The notes under the pieces are model-generated. The model saw only the letters and a program-made list of their open reading frames with translations, ran no database searches and was not told the DNA's origin. This document shows positions 28,982 to 39,218 of a DNA stretch of 64,000 bases, piece after piece. The DNA lies in contig CAVPSJ010000015.1 in assembly GCA_963708295.1 (NCBI GenBank), positions 1-64,000 on the forward strand, read 5' to 3'. The first letter of the stretch is position 1. Each line of letters begins with the position of its first letter. Source of the stretch: an uncultured delta proteobacterium. GTDB lineage: Bacteria > Desulfobacterota > BSN033 > UBA1163. The position numbers and the translations under genes were made by a program.

Positions 28982-29018
28982 TTTATCCTCCTTTATAGTC
29001 CTCTCCCTCCTCAAATCA

Positions 29019-29966
29019 TTATTTCGCCATAAAATCAGAAATCATCTCCCGGACCAGTTTGATGGCCTCGGGATGTCTCATCACCAAAACATCAGCCCCT
29101 GCCAGAAGAAGGACGACCGCGGTGACCGCTTCCATGAGAATACCCCTCTTTTTGATTTCGCCTAAAGTCGGGGCATCCTCCGTCTTTGTCTTGGCCTCTT
29201 TCGTCTTCCAGACTTCCCTGGCCATATTGCAGAGGATGGGGAATTGAAGTCTCTCATCCTGCTGGGTGAGGGCAGCCATCCGGTCTCGTTCCATGACCGA
29301 ATAGGTATATTCAATTCCATATCCCAGCCCACCCGTGGTCGGATCGACGAGGATCTGTCCGTCCGGAACACCCAGATTTCCCAGCAGGATATTGAGCTGC
29401 TTGGCCAGGTTGATATCAATCGGACTGGAAGCGATCGCGGTATGTTTGTAAGCGATCGCCCCTGCGCCCACTTGTTTGTAGTTTCCTTCCGCCAGCGGCC
29501 CGATCACGAGGTTCATCCCATCGCAGACTTCAGCGACCTTTCGAAGGACGTCGGCATCTTTCTCGGCATTCCCACTCCCCCATACGATCACCGGGACATC
29601 CACGGCGCTGGCGACCTTTTTAACGGTTTGAGCGGCCTCATCGCTTGAACGGTTGAGACCGTTAGGGTCCGTGCTGGCAAGCTGCAGGGTGATCAGCTCC
29701 GCCCCATAACTCTGGACACATTTCTTTGCCCACGCGACAGGATCATTGACCACATCCTTGAAAGGCTCCAGAGCTGCTTCCGGCCATTCTTCCGGAGGAG
29801 CATCGTAGACCTCCATGGCAATCCGAGGCGGATTCGGCATCGCTCCTTCGAAGAGGTGAAAGGGATAGGCCGTCTCCCCACCGATCGTGACCGCCCGGGG
29901 CCCTTTTCCCAGCGTGACTTCTTTGATCTTTCCTGTGTAGGTAATTTTTGGTATTTCAAATGCCAT
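29019..29966 (-). CDS. acsD: Corrinoid Fe-S protein small subunit AcsD
   Basis: GGETAYPF, SPIDINLAKQLN, DPTTGGLGYGIEY, MRHP. Confidence 0.95.
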   Translation of the reverse strand: MAFEIPKITYTGKIKEVTLGKGPRAVTIGGETAYPFHLFEGAMPNPPRIAMEVYDAPPEEWPEAALEPFKDVVNDPVAWAKKCVQSYGAELITLQLASTDPNGLNRSSDEAAQTVKKVASAVDVPVIVWGSGNAEKDADVLRKVAEVCDGMNLVIGPLAEGNYKQVGAGAIAYKHTAIASSPIDINLAKQLNILLGNLGVPDGQILVDPTTGGLGYGIEYTYSVMERDRMAALTQQDERLQFPILCNMAREVWKTKEAKTKTEDAPTLGEIKKRGILMEAVTAVVLLLAGADVLVMRHPEAIKLVREMISDFMAK

Positions 29967-29994
29967 GATCCTACCCTCCCTCCGGTTATCTTAT

Positions 29995-30207
29995 TTAGGC
30001 CTTGGTCTTTCGCTTTTCGCTACCGAACCATTCGTCGCTGAACCAATAACGCTCGCCGGTTTTGAGGTAGGCAAGCATTTCATCCCGGGTCCTCATCTTC
30101 TGTCTCCAGTTGATGGGGGTTTCGGGCTTTCCCTCGTCATACGTGGCCCCTAATACCTTTACCTTTTTTCCATCAAACGCCACTTTCTCTTCCATTTGGT
30201 CAGACAC
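29995..30207 (-). CDS. 70-aa protein of unknown function within the acs cluster
   Basis: AGGAGG RBS before GTG 30207; fills the folD-acsD gap in operon orientation. Confidence 0.7.
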   Translation of the reverse strand: MSDQMEEKVAFDGKKVKVLGATYDEGKPETPINWRQKMRTRDEMLAYLKTGERYWFSDEWFGSEKRKTKA

Positions 30208-30249
30208 GCGATTTCCTCCTTTCTCTAAATAATTCGTGAATTCTCCTGC

Positions 30250-30276
30250 GGGGAACGGTTTCAAACCGTTCCCTAC
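30250..30276 (-). repeat. Single GTAG-type REP palindrome
   Basis: Minus strand gtagggaacggtttgaaaccgttcccc. Confidence 0.6.
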
Positions 30277-30284
30277 GACTGTTG

Positions 30285-31172
30285 TTAACTGATGTTTGCT
30301 GCCAATTTGGCAGCCTTCACCGTGTTCATCATCAACATCGTTATGGTCATCGGCCCGACTCCACCCGGGACAGGGGTGATCGCGCTCGCTTTTTCCTTGA
30401 CTCCATCAAAATCGACATCCCCGCACAGTTTGGCCTTCCCTTCGGGAGTCATTCCGATCCGATTGACACCCACATCGATGACCACTGTTCCTTCCTTGAC
30501 CATTTCGGCAGTGACGGCCTTGGGCTTTCCGGCTGCAACGATGAGAATGTCTGCCCTCCTCGTATGGAAGGCCATATCTTTTGTGCCGGTATGGCAGATC
30601 GTCACCGTTGCATTGGCTCCTTTCTGCTTTTGCAGCAGGATGTTGGCGATCGGTTTTCCGACGATGTTGGACCTTCCGACAACCACGACCTCCGCCCCAT
30701 CCGTTTTTACTCCCGTTCGGATCAGGAGTTGCTGGATGCCGGCGGGGGTACAGGGAAGATAATCCGCTTCGCCGATCATCAACTTTCCGACGTTGACCGG
30801 GTGGAATCCATCGACATCCTTCTTGGGATCGATCGCATAGAGAATTTTTGTTTCATTGATGTGTTTGGGCAGAGGGAGTTGGACCAGGATTCCGTGGATC
30901 TTAGGATCCTTATTGTATCGGTCGATCAATTTAAGCAACTCTTCTTCCTGAATGGTCGCTGGCTGGCTATCCTGAATGGAGTAAAAGCCCAGTTCCTTGG
31001 AGGTTTTCTGTTTGGCGGTGACATAACTCACGGAGGCAGGATTTTCACCCACAAGAATGGTCACCAGGCCCGGGACGACATTAAATTTTTCTTTTAATCG
31101 AGCCGTTTCCTGCTTGAGTTCTCCTCGAATCTGTTGAGCAATTTCGTTGCCGTTGATCAGTTTTGCCGTCAT
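30285..31172 (-). CDS. folD: Methylene-THF dehydrogenase/cyclohydrolase FolD
   Basis: YVTAK, LVQLPLP, KDVDGFHP, PCTP, GRSNIVGKP, TPVPGGVGPMT. Confidence 0.96.
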   Translation of the reverse strand: MTAKLINGNEIAQQIRGELKQETARLKEKFNVVPGLVTILVGENPASVSYVTAKQKTSKELGFYSIQDSQPATIQEEELLKLIDRYNKDPKIHGILVQLPLPKHINETKILYAIDPKKDVDGFHPVNVGKLMIGEADYLPCTPAGIQQLLIRTGVKTDGAEVVVVGRSNIVGKPIANILLQKQKGANATVTICHTGTKDMAFHTRRADILIVAAGKPKAVTAEMVKEGTVVIDVGVNRIGMTPEGKAKLCGDVDFDGVKEKASAITPVPGGVGPMTITMLMMNTVKAAKLAANIS

Positions 31173-31194
31173 CTTTTTCCTCCCCCCTTCAGTT

Positions 31195-31281
31195 AATGTC
31201 AGTGTCAGTGTCTAGTGTCAGTGTCAGTGCGTCGTGTCAGTGATCGAAAAAGTCATAAGTCGCAGCTGGCACTCGTCACTG
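31195..31281. repeat. Asymmetric agtgtc tandem inverted repeat
   Basis: Long left run of agtgtc units (31195-31242); short decayed right arm ctggcactcgtcactg overlapping the cooC stop. Confidence 0.65.
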
Positions 31282-32022
31282 GATATATTTGTCAAAGATA
31301 CTTCTGGCGGCTTGAACCGCCTTTGACTCCAATGGCAGTTGAAAAGTCGGTTTGCCCTCGGAGTCGTACCGGTAAATTTGTTCATCGGCAGGAAGGATCC
31401 CACCCAATTCGAGATTTTGTTTTTTCACTTCTTCAAAGATTTCAGAGCCCGGTTCCCCCTGAACTCGATTGATGACCAATACCTCATGAACGATGCGAAG
31501 ATCCAGTTCATGGATGAGATCTCGAATCCGAGATGCGGTGAGGATTCCTCTTTGGGTGGAATCCGAAACGATGAAAAGAAGATCCACATCTCGAGTTGTC
31601 AGCCGGCTGAAATGTTCCATCCCCGCTTCGTTATCGATGACGATATATTGATAATTCCCGGTGAGAAGATCCAGGCACTTTCTTGCTAACGTATTCGCCG
31701 CGCAATAACAACCCGGTCCCTCCGGACGTCCCATCGCGACCAGGTCAAATCCCTTTGCCTCGGTGAGTGACTCTTGAACCTTTAATTCGAACCAGATGTC
31801 CTTGGTCATCCCGATGGGGACATCCTTCTTCATCATCTCACGGGCATCCCCGATGGTGGATCGGATATCAACGCCTAGGACCTCATTGAGGTTCGAATTG
31901 GAATCTGCGTCCACCGCCAGAATCGGCCCTTTTCCTTTGTCGAGGAGAAAACGAATCACCATTCCGGCGAGGGTGGTTTTGCCCGTTCCTCCCTTTCCTG
32001 AAACCGCAATCGTAAAACTCAA
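31276..32022 (-). CDS. cooC: CooC/AcsF nickel-insertion ATPase
   Basis: GKGGTGKT, GPGCYC, DNEAGMEH. Confidence 0.93.
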   Translation of the reverse strand: MSFTIAVSGKGGTGKTTLAGMVIRFLLDKGKGPILAVDADSNSNLNEVLGVDIRSTIGDAREMMKKDVPIGMTKDIWFELKVQESLTEAKGFDLVAMGRPEGPGCYCAANTLARKCLDLLTGNYQYIVIDNEAGMEHFSRLTTRDVDLLFIVSDSTQRGILTASRIRDLIHELDLRIVHEVLVINRVQGEPGSEIFEEVKKQNLELGGILPADEQIYRYDSEGKPTFQLPLESKAVQAARSIFDKYIQ

Positions 32023-34034
32023 AGTCGTCCTTCAACCATCCTCTCCGGCCGAATTTCCCTTCTCATCTGATACAGCCTTTCCGTCACCCGGGGGAAGGCG
32101 GACACATCCGTGTGGGGAAGGAACATCGCTGCAATGAATTCACTCATAAACGTGGAATGATTACTCAGTTCGAGGTTCGTCATCATCAAAGCGATTCGTT
32201 CGGTTTCCTTCAACAGGTTCTTAGAGAAGGAGAGAAGCCTTGCCCCTAACAGGGAGCCATTTCCGACAAAGATAAATTTCTCGATCTCCATCTCCGGGAG
32301 GAGACCGATGAAAATCGCCTTTTCCAGATCAAGATGGCGGCCAAAGCCCCCCGCAATGATCACCTGCTCAAGGTCCCTAAAACCCAATCCGACGCTTTCC
32401 AGCAAGACTTTACAGCCTGCATAGATGGCGGCTTTGGTGCGAATCAGGTTTTCGACGTCGATCTCCGTCAGAACGATGTCCTCGTGGATGACGGTTTCTT
32501 CTTTTCTTGCAAGGATATATTCATAACCATCCGGCCCGCTTCGGACACGATCTGTGGGAAGGTCCCTTCGGAACTTCCCGTTCTGGTCAATCATCCCTGT
32601 CTCCAAGAACTCCGCCACGGAATCAATCAGGCCCGACCCGCAGATACCGATGGGTTTCGACCGTCCAATCGTAAGGATCATCGGTTCGAAAGTTCGAGAA
32701 TTGATGCTGACCTCTTCAATGGCACCGCGCGTTGCCCTCATCCCGAATTTAATGCCCGCGCCTTCGAAGGCCGGGCCGGCAGAGCAGGAGACGCTGGCCA
32801 TCCAATCTTTATTTCCGAGGACCATCTCTCCGTTGGTGCCAATGTCCATATAGAGGGTAAGGGTTTCCCTTTGGAAAACGCCGGAGCCCAGGATTCCGGC
32901 CACAATGTCCCCGCCTACGTAGCTGGCTACCATCGGAAAGATATAGACATGGACGTGGTCGCCGATATTGATCCCCAGGTGAACGGCCCTCACCGGGGGG
33001 ATGAAATTGGCCGTTGGAACATACGGGGATTCTCGAATGTATTTTGGGTCAAGCCCCAAAAGAAGTTGAGTCATTGTCGTATTGCCAGCAATGACCAGAT
33101 GGGAGACCAGGGATTGATCGATCTTGCTCATCTGGAGTAATTCCTGGATGATCTTGTTGATCGTGGAGACAACGACCTCCTGCATCTTTTTCAATCCTCC
33201 AGGCTTCTGGGAATAGACAATCCGTGTGATGACATCTTCGCCGTAACTGATCTGGGCATTATAGTCCGAAGCTTCAGCCAAAGCGAAGAGGGTGGACCCG
33301 TCACAGAGTCCCCCCGGACACGCATAGACCACGCATCCATTGAGGTCGAGGAGTTGGCCAAAGACGGTCGTCGTTCCGATGTCTATAACAATTGAATAGT
33401 TCTGATGGGTATTGTCCCCGGGTTCCACGTTGACCAGTTTATAGCCTTTCTTCGTCTGAACCAGTGTGGCCGTGACCTTCCAGCCCGATTCGCGGAGGAT
33501 GCGACCCAACTTCATGATCACACGGAAATCCGCAGAAATCCCTTCGATGCCATGCTGGCGATCCAGCGCATTGATCAGACGGGTGAGGTCGCTCACATTG
33601 TCCTGAAGCGTGGGAGGGTCGAGCTGAACACATTTCTTGAATACCGCGGGGTCGACATCCCAACCCTTCACGAGCTGGTAGATATCCTGAGGAGACAGAA
33701 GGTATTTGTGAACCCCCCGGTCATCTTTGAGTTTGAGAACCGATTTGTCCACCTGGGATTCGAGAGGAATTTCAACCTCAATATCGCTCCGGATCGAAGT
33801 CAGGCAGGCCAGACGATACCCCTGGTCGTACTCCCACTGGGGTAATTTTGGGTGTCTTGGAGAATCGGCCGTCCCGCTCAGGATTCTGACTTTACATTTC
33901 CCGCAGGTTGCACTCCCGCCGCATGAGGCATTGATATGGATCCCCGCCTCCATGGCGGCCTGGAGAAGATTCTCCTCCTCATTTACGAGAATCTTTCTTT
34001 CACTCGGCAGGAAAGTTACAGTATGTTTCGGCAT
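32019..34034 (-). CDS. acsV: Corrinoid reductive activator RACo/AcsV (2Fe-2S + ASKHA)
   Basis: CGGSATCGKC..RLAC, DIGTTT, AGNTTM, DIGTNGE, GPAFEG, GICGSG. Confidence 0.92.
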   Translation of the reverse strand: MPKHTVTFLPSERKILVNEEENLLQAAMEAGIHINASCGGSATCGKCKVRILSGTADSPRHPKLPQWEYDQGYRLACLTSIRSDIEVEIPLESQVDKSVLKLKDDRGVHKYLLSPQDIYQLVKGWDVDPAVFKKCVQLDPPTLQDNVSDLTRLINALDRQHGIEGISADFRVIMKLGRILRESGWKVTATLVQTKKGYKLVNVEPGDNTHQNYSIVIDIGTTTVFGQLLDLNGCVVYACPGGLCDGSTLFALAEASDYNAQISYGEDVITRIVYSQKPGGLKKMQEVVVSTINKIIQELLQMSKIDQSLVSHLVIAGNTTMTQLLLGLDPKYIRESPYVPTANFIPPVRAVHLGINIGDHVHVYIFPMVASYVGGDIVAGILGSGVFQRETLTLYMDIGTNGEMVLGNKDWMASVSCSAGPAFEGAGIKFGMRATRGAIEEVSINSRTFEPMILTIGRSKPIGICGSGLIDSVAEFLETGMIDQNGKFRRDLPTDRVRSGPDGYEYILARKEETVIHEDIVLTEIDVENLIRTKAAIYAGCKVLLESVGLGFRDLEQVIIAGGFGRHLDLEKAIFIGLLPEMEIEKFIFVGNGSLLGARLLSFSKNLLKETERIALMMTNLELSNHSTFMSEFIAAMFLPHTDVSAFPRVTERLYQMRREIRPERMVEGRL

Positions 34035-34054
34035 GAACTTAAATCTATTATAAC

Positions 34055-34090
34055 CCGGCCCCACCTTGATTTCGATAGAGGCGGGGCCGG
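34055..34090. terminator. GC-rich hairpin between fhs and acsV (terminator or mRNA stabiliser)
   Basis: ccggccccacct/aggcggggccgg stem; only a weak U tail on the minus strand. Confidence 0.4.
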
Positions 34091-34134
34091 AAAATGACGT
34101 TAAACCACGGAATCGGTAACGCTCTCTCTTCTTG

Positions 34135-35919
34135 TCAAAAGAGCCCGCTCACTTTTCCGGTATTCACATCCACATCGACCCTTCTGTAAGCAGGATCCGA
34201 ACCCGTTCCTGGCATCAGACTGATCATCCCGGCCATCGGACAAAGGAACTTGGCGCCCCCGAAGATCAGGACGTCACGAACGGGAAGAATCCACCCTTTG
34301 GGCACCCCCTTGACGGTCGGATCATGCGTCAGGCTTAAATGGGTCTTGACCATCATGGTATTAAAGTCTTTCAAATTGGGATCGGCCTCAAATCGTTTGG
34401 CTTTGGCCTCAGCGTCGGGAGTCCATGAGACACCGGCAGCCCCGTAGACTTCTTTGGCAACCTTTTCAACCCTTTGACGGAGGGGCATTTCAAGAGGATA
34501 GAGAAATTTGAAATTGGGTTTTTCTTTGCAGGCTTCCATAACCACGTCGGCGAGCTCCAGAGCTCCATCTCCACCCTTCAGCCAGTGTTCAGAAAGGGCA
34601 CACCGGGCTCCTGCCTGCTCGGCATATTTTCGGACCATTGCGATTTCATCTTTGGTATCGGTGTGGAAAGCGTTAATGCAGACGACCGGATTGATGCCTG
34701 ATTTCCTGATCACACCAATGAGGTGAGTCATATTTTCAATTCCTTTCTCAAGGAGTCCAAGGTTTTCCTTGGAGTACTCCTCAGGAAGGGGACGTCCCGG
34801 CACGACTTTTGGCCCGCCGCCATGCATCTTCAGAGCTCGAATCGTTGACGTCAGGATTGAAACGTGTGGCGTGAGGCCGCTTAGCCGGCATTTCACATTC
34901 CAGAATTTCTCAAAACCAATATCCGCGGCAAAACCGCTCTCGGTGACATGGTAATCGAACATCTTCAGGCCGATGCGGTCACCGATGATGGAGGATTGCC
35001 CGACGGCGATATTGGCAAAAGGTCCGGCGTGGACAAAGCAAGGCTGGTATTCCGTGGTCCACAATAACGTGGGATTGATGGTATTCCTCATCCATGCGCA
35101 CATCGCCCCTGCTACCTCGAGGTCTGTCGTCGTGACAGGCCTGCCGGACTTATCGTAAGCCACGACAATCTTTCCCAGTCTCTCACGAAGGTCTTTCAAA
35201 TCCCGGACGACGGCAAGGATGGCCATGAGTTCTGAGCTCACGGCGATACCGAATTTGGACTGCATCGCAAAGCCATCCATTTTGCCGCCGAGGCCAATTA
35301 CAATGTTCCGCAAAGCTTGAGCACAGAAATCCATGATCCAGCCCATCTCGACATTGGTGGGATCGATGTCGAGGCGTCTGAGCTTCCGCTTTGCCAGCTC
35401 CGCGTCGTCATAGTTTCGTTCGTGCTGCATCCGGGAAGTCAGAGCGACCATGGCCAGGTTGTGGGCGTTCATAATATCGTTGATGTCCCCTGTCAGACCG
35501 AGGGAGAACTCCGTCATCGGAATGAGGAGAGATTTTCCTCCTCCAGCCGCCGTTCCTTTCACGTTCATGGTTGGCCCCCCCGAAGGTTGGCGGATGCAAC
35601 CACCGACGTTCTTCCCTCTCTTACCCAACCCCTCGATCAAACCCATCGAAGTGGTCGTTTTTCCCTCTCCCAAAGGAGTCGGTGTAATCGCCGTTACCTC
35701 GATATACTTTCCATCGGGCTTATTCTTGAGCCGGTCCATTATTTTCATAAAATCGACTCTGCAGAGCTTCCCCATAGGAATGATTTCTTCTTTCTTAAGT
35801 CCGAGCATCTCCTGGGCTTGGTCAATCGTAGGCATCTCTTCTTCCGCGATCTCTGCAATCTGCCAATCCGCCAATTTCCTCGGATCAGCATCCATATACT
35901 TTTTTGAAATCTTGGCCAT
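34135..35919 (-). CDS. fhs: Formate--tetrahydrofolate ligase
   Basis: [37 protein letters not shown]. Confidence 0.96.
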   Translation of the reverse strand: MAKISKKYMDADPRKLADWQIAEIAEEEMPTIDQAQEMLGLKKEEIIPMGKLCRVDFMKIMDRLKNKPDGKYIEVTAITPTPLGEGKTTTSMGLIEGLGKRGKNVGGCIRQPSGGPTMNVKGTAAGGGKSLLIPMTEFSLGLTGDINDIMNAHNLAMVALTSRMQHERNYDDAELAKRKLRRLDIDPTNVEMGWIMDFCAQALRNIVIGLGGKMDGFAMQSKFGIAVSSELMAILAVVRDLKDLRERLGKIVVAYDKSGRPVTTTDLEVAGAMCAWMRNTINPTLLWTTEYQPCFVHAGPFANIAVGQSSIIGDRIGLKMFDYHVTESGFAADIGFEKFWNVKCRLSGLTPHVSILTSTIRALKMHGGGPKVVPGRPLPEEYSKENLGLLEKGIENMTHLIGVIRKSGINPVVCINAFHTDTKDEIAMVRKYAEQAGARCALSEHWLKGGDGALELADVVMEACKEKPNFKFLYPLEMPLRQRVEKVAKEVYGAAGVSWTPDAEAKAKRFEADPNLKDFNTMMVKTHLSLTHDPTVKGVPKGWILPVRDVLIFGGAKFLCPMAGMISLMPGTGSDPAYRRVDVDVNTGKVSGLF

Positions 35920-36137
35920 GTGCTTTGCTCCCCCTTTCTTTTTCAAATGGTTTTATGATTTCGTGTCTTTCATTTGCGCCGACTCGCAAAAGTTCAACGA
36001 TGATTCCGGGTTTGGATTCGAGAATCCCCCCTCGTACTGCATAAATTGTCGTAAAAAAAGATGATGGTGATTAGTGGCTACGGGCAGCTGAATTTCTTAT
36101 TAGATTCTTTATGTTACACTCCACCCAGCATCTTTTC

Positions 36138-36166
36138 CATATAAACTAATAGGGTCAATTTGTCAA
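36138..36166 (-). promoter_or_regulatory. Sigma70 promoter of the fhs/acs cluster
   Basis: Minus strand TTGACA-17 nt-TATATG. Confidence 0.55.
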
Positions 36167-36285
36167 GCAAAATCCAATACAATTTGACTTAAGTTTTTAC
36201 AACCAGATGAATTCTTTGGGATAATCAAACACTTGCCCTTCCTCAGCAGAGATTCTTTCTCCATCATACATAGGGGGAGACGGAT

Positions 36286-37422
36286 TTAACTTTTCCCCTG
36301 CTGGAGAAACCTTTTTAATCCTTTTTTGTCCAGCCTGGAGAGCCCGAGTTGTTTAACCCCTCTGCCGGTCTTCCAGTAATCGGTCCGATTGATAACGGAG
36401 GCCAATTGAATGACAGCGTCGTGAGTCGGGGTGGGAACTCCAAGAAGGTTTCCCAGCGTCGCGATGAGAACCATTCCGTAAGGAACATCTTCGGTCACAT
36501 ATCGGTCTTTCAAATGTTCGGGACCTTTCATCTTGATTCCCGCATAAATCCCGTCTTTTCCGAAAGCGGCATCCATGCTGGTGTTCAGGATCCGGTGCCG
36601 GCATTCCTCTTCCGTCTCGCCCAGGTTGTAGTTTTTGAATTCGAGGTTGTCCCAATGATAAAGCTGATAGCCCAGGGCCTTGCAGAGAGAGAGCCTTTCC
36701 TCATTGAGAGATTCATAGGTTCTTGCCACGGTGGGCGTCATTCCCTCGGCATAAAGATAGAATTCGCCTCTCGAATGTTCAATTCGTGTCGCGCTGAGAA
36801 GAGTGGCGACCGGATGCACGATGGGGTTGGGGTTATTGATGGCCGCTTCCAAAACATCCCTGGCAGGATGAATCATAGGAAAGTATTGCCTCAGTTTAGG
36901 AATGATTTCTGAGGTTTTCTCCGATGGGAAGACACCTGTGGGAAGCATGACCGCATTGATGAGCACCGAGACATGGCCAGGGCCCTCGAGCCTCGCACCA
37001 TAGGGGAGGGTGCAGCTTTCAGCGAAGGCAATTTCTTTCTTCACTTTTTTTTGCCTGAAGATGTTTATGAATTCAAGGCTCCCTCCTGAACCGGGCATGA
37101 GCACGATGATTTGTCCGCTCCGGACAAGAGGGGCACAGACTTCGGCCATGGCTTTATGGCCGAACGCAGGGACGATGACAAAGATGACCTCCGGCTCCTC
37201 GAGGGCCCGTCGAAGATCGGTCGTCACGAGGTTTAATTTGGCGACTCCATCCACGGATACCCCGTCGATCCGGATCTCCTTTGTCCGAAAGACCTTTTCA
37301 AGAGGTTCGGCAAACCCCGGGAGTTCGAACAAATTAACCTTGATTCCGGCGAGGGCAAGGTTCGCTGCCACGGCATGACCGCCATTCCCCCCACCCAGGA
37401 TCGCCACCGGCCCTTTTTCCAT
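36286..37422 (-). CDS. NAD/NADP octopine/nopaline (opine) dehydrogenase family
   Basis: LGGGNGG, NPIVHP, RYVTEDVPYG, TGR motifs. Confidence 0.88.
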   Translation of the reverse strand: MEKGPVAILGGGNGGHAVAANLALAGIKVNLFELPGFAEPLEKVFRTKEIRIDGVSVDGVAKLNLVTTDLRRALEEPEVIFVIVPAFGHKAMAEVCAPLVRSGQIIVLMPGSGGSLEFINIFRQKKVKKEIAFAESCTLPYGARLEGPGHVSVLINAVMLPTGVFPSEKTSEIIPKLRQYFPMIHPARDVLEAAINNPNPIVHPVATLLSATRIEHSRGEFYLYAEGMTPTVARTYESLNEERLSLCKALGYQLYHWDNLEFKNYNLGETEEECRHRILNTSMDAAFGKDGIYAGIKMKGPEHLKDRYVTEDVPYGMVLIATLGNLLGVPTPTHDAVIQLASVINRTDYWKTGRGVKQLGLSRLDKKGLKRFLQQGKS

Positions 37423-37649
37423 TCGAAAAAAACCCGAGCTTTCGATTTTGTGCCTTACACTAAAATTACTCCATCTCTGGAGAAAAAACAAGAAAGTTTC
37501 TATTCCGTTTCTTTATGATCCAGATGGAGACCAGTAGGTTGAAAATGCATGACTGAGGTGTTATATAGATTGCCGGTCATTCTATTGGGGATCCCCAAAA
37601 AGGGCGGTTAGGACAAGAGATCATTTAGTAAAACAAAGGAGGAGAATTT

Positions 37650-38201
37650 ATGAAAATGGAACGTTTCTTGGCGATCTTTTTCGCGGTGGGCGTGGTTCTG
37701 GGAACGAGCAGCCTGGGGATGACTGCGGAGGTGAGTCTCAAAGATTATGACGCGGTGGTTGTTCAGGATCTTGAAGTTCCCTCAGGCTCGCCGGCGCCTG
37801 AGTCTGCAGGAATGCAGATGGCCGAGAAGGCAGTTTACCAGATTAAGAGGTATAACCAGAGTAACAAGCTCTTCGACACAGTCGTTAAACAAGTCGGAAA
37901 AGGAAGCCAAGAAACCCCTTCCGGGAAAAAGGTCCTCATCATAACGGGAGAAGTAAGGGAGTGGACGCCTGGAACGGTTGGGGGGCGTATAGGGCGGTCC
38001 TTCATACCAGGCGTTGGAGGTCATGTCGGTTCGGCCTATTTTGCTGCCCACTATAAGTTCATCGATAAAGAAAGCGGAAAGGTTATCTATGAGACCGACC
38101 TTCGGACATCGTCTACAGGTTCGAATGATACCGTAGAGTACGCCATGGATAGAAACGGCGAGGCCTTGGCCAAGGTTATTACCAAGGCCAAAGGGAAGTA
38201 A
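37650..38201 (+). CDS. Secreted protein, DUF4410-like
   Basis: Signal peptide; GGAGGAG RBS; family assignment is by resemblance only. Confidence 0.65.
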   Translation: MKMERFLAIFFAVGVVLGTSSLGMTAEVSLKDYDAVVVQDLEVPSGSPAPESAGMQMAEKAVYQIKRYNQSNKLFDTVVKQVGKGSQETPSGKKVLIITGEVREWTPGTVGGRIGRSFIPGVGGHVGSAYFAAHYKFIDKESGKVIYETDLRTSSTGSNDTVEYAMDRNGEALAKVITKAKGK

Positions 38202-38274
38202 GCTTTACCGTTCGGCCGCGCGAGGCTTCACCTTTTAAGGTGTAGAAAAAGGCGCGGCTTCGCGCGATAGACCT

Positions 38275-38405
38275 TTCGACAAGCTCAAGCGACACTGAGT
38301 TTATCGAAGTGCAGCGTGAACCTTAAGCTCTCGGCTCGACTGAGCTCGCCGAAATCTCGGGTCGAAGGCAAGTCCGAGCCTTTAGGTCGGGGTTTGAATG
38401 GTTCA
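38275..38405. repeat. Dispersed REP-like element (copy B)
   Basis: ttcgacaagctcaagcgacactgagtttatcgaagtgcag..., with an additional internal palindrome. Confidence 0.65.
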
Positions 38406-38625
38406 CTCGTTCACTCATTGACAGAACGCCGGGATCCAATTCAATCCGATCATGATGACGGGGGCAGAAATGCCCCCTTTCTTCTTCATATGGCCTTTTC
38501 CAGTCTCCCACCATTTGGTTCCTATACGGCATTGTAACTCGCCGAGTTTTCGACTCTTGCAATCTTCACGGTCTGTGAATTGATTTACTTCCATCCAATG
38601 GTTACCTTTTTTGTGAGGGGTAACG

Positions 38626-39153
38626 ATGAGTATGAAAAGTTCATGGTTCTTTCGTCTCTTTGTGCTTGGCTTGCTGTGCATATCTGTGAGTGCCGCGGGA
38701 TGTCTTTTCACCGGCGGAACGCCTCCATGGAGCGGAAGCGGCTTTATCAGAAAAGAACTCCTGGAATACAGGAGAGCTGCTGTCCTGCCCTTTCAGGGTG
38801 ACCCGAAAGGCGAGGCGTCGCATGCCTTTGCGGAAGACTTCCACGAGAAGTTTCCACAGATCGGGCTGGTTAGGCGGGAGGAGGTTTTGGGGGCTTTTCA
38901 AGAGCAAGAATTGTATTCGAATCGGATAGACGAAGCCACCAGAAGAAAGATTGGCCAGGTCTTCGGTGTGCAAGCCCTCATCGTAGGGAATGTCTATTAT
39001 CCAAGCATTCTCCGTTGGTTGTTGCAGATTCAGGTGATCGATGCCGAAAGCGGACAGATTACAGGACGCTCCTTCGTCGAGATAAATTACGCCGGGGCAG
39101 AAGGAGTGAAAGAAGCCTGCAAAATTGCGGTGAAGAACCTGACTCTTAGATAG
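38626..39153 (+). CDS. Lipoprotein, CsgG/penicillin-binding-activator-like fold
   Basis: Lipobox AAGC; AVLPF...KIGQVFGVQALIVG...IDAESG pattern. Confidence 0.65.
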   Translation: MSMKSSWFFRLFVLGLLCISVSAAGCLFTGGTPPWSGSGFIRKELLEYRRAAVLPFQGDPKGEASHAFAEDFHEKFPQIGLVRREEVLGAFQEQELYSNRIDEATRRKIGQVFGVQALIVGNVYYPSILRWLLQIQVIDAESGQITGRSFVEINYAGAEGVKEACKIAVKNLTLR

Positions 39154-39218
39154 TTAAAGACGCCATGGTGCGCATTCACCTTACGCTTTGACATTCAAAG
39201 TATCGGATGACTGGTATC

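Noticed and set aside
35920-36130. Folate/ZTP riboswitch in the long fhs leader
   Set aside because: No recognisable THF, ZTP or SAM consensus by eye; an Rfam search is needed to exclude it fully.
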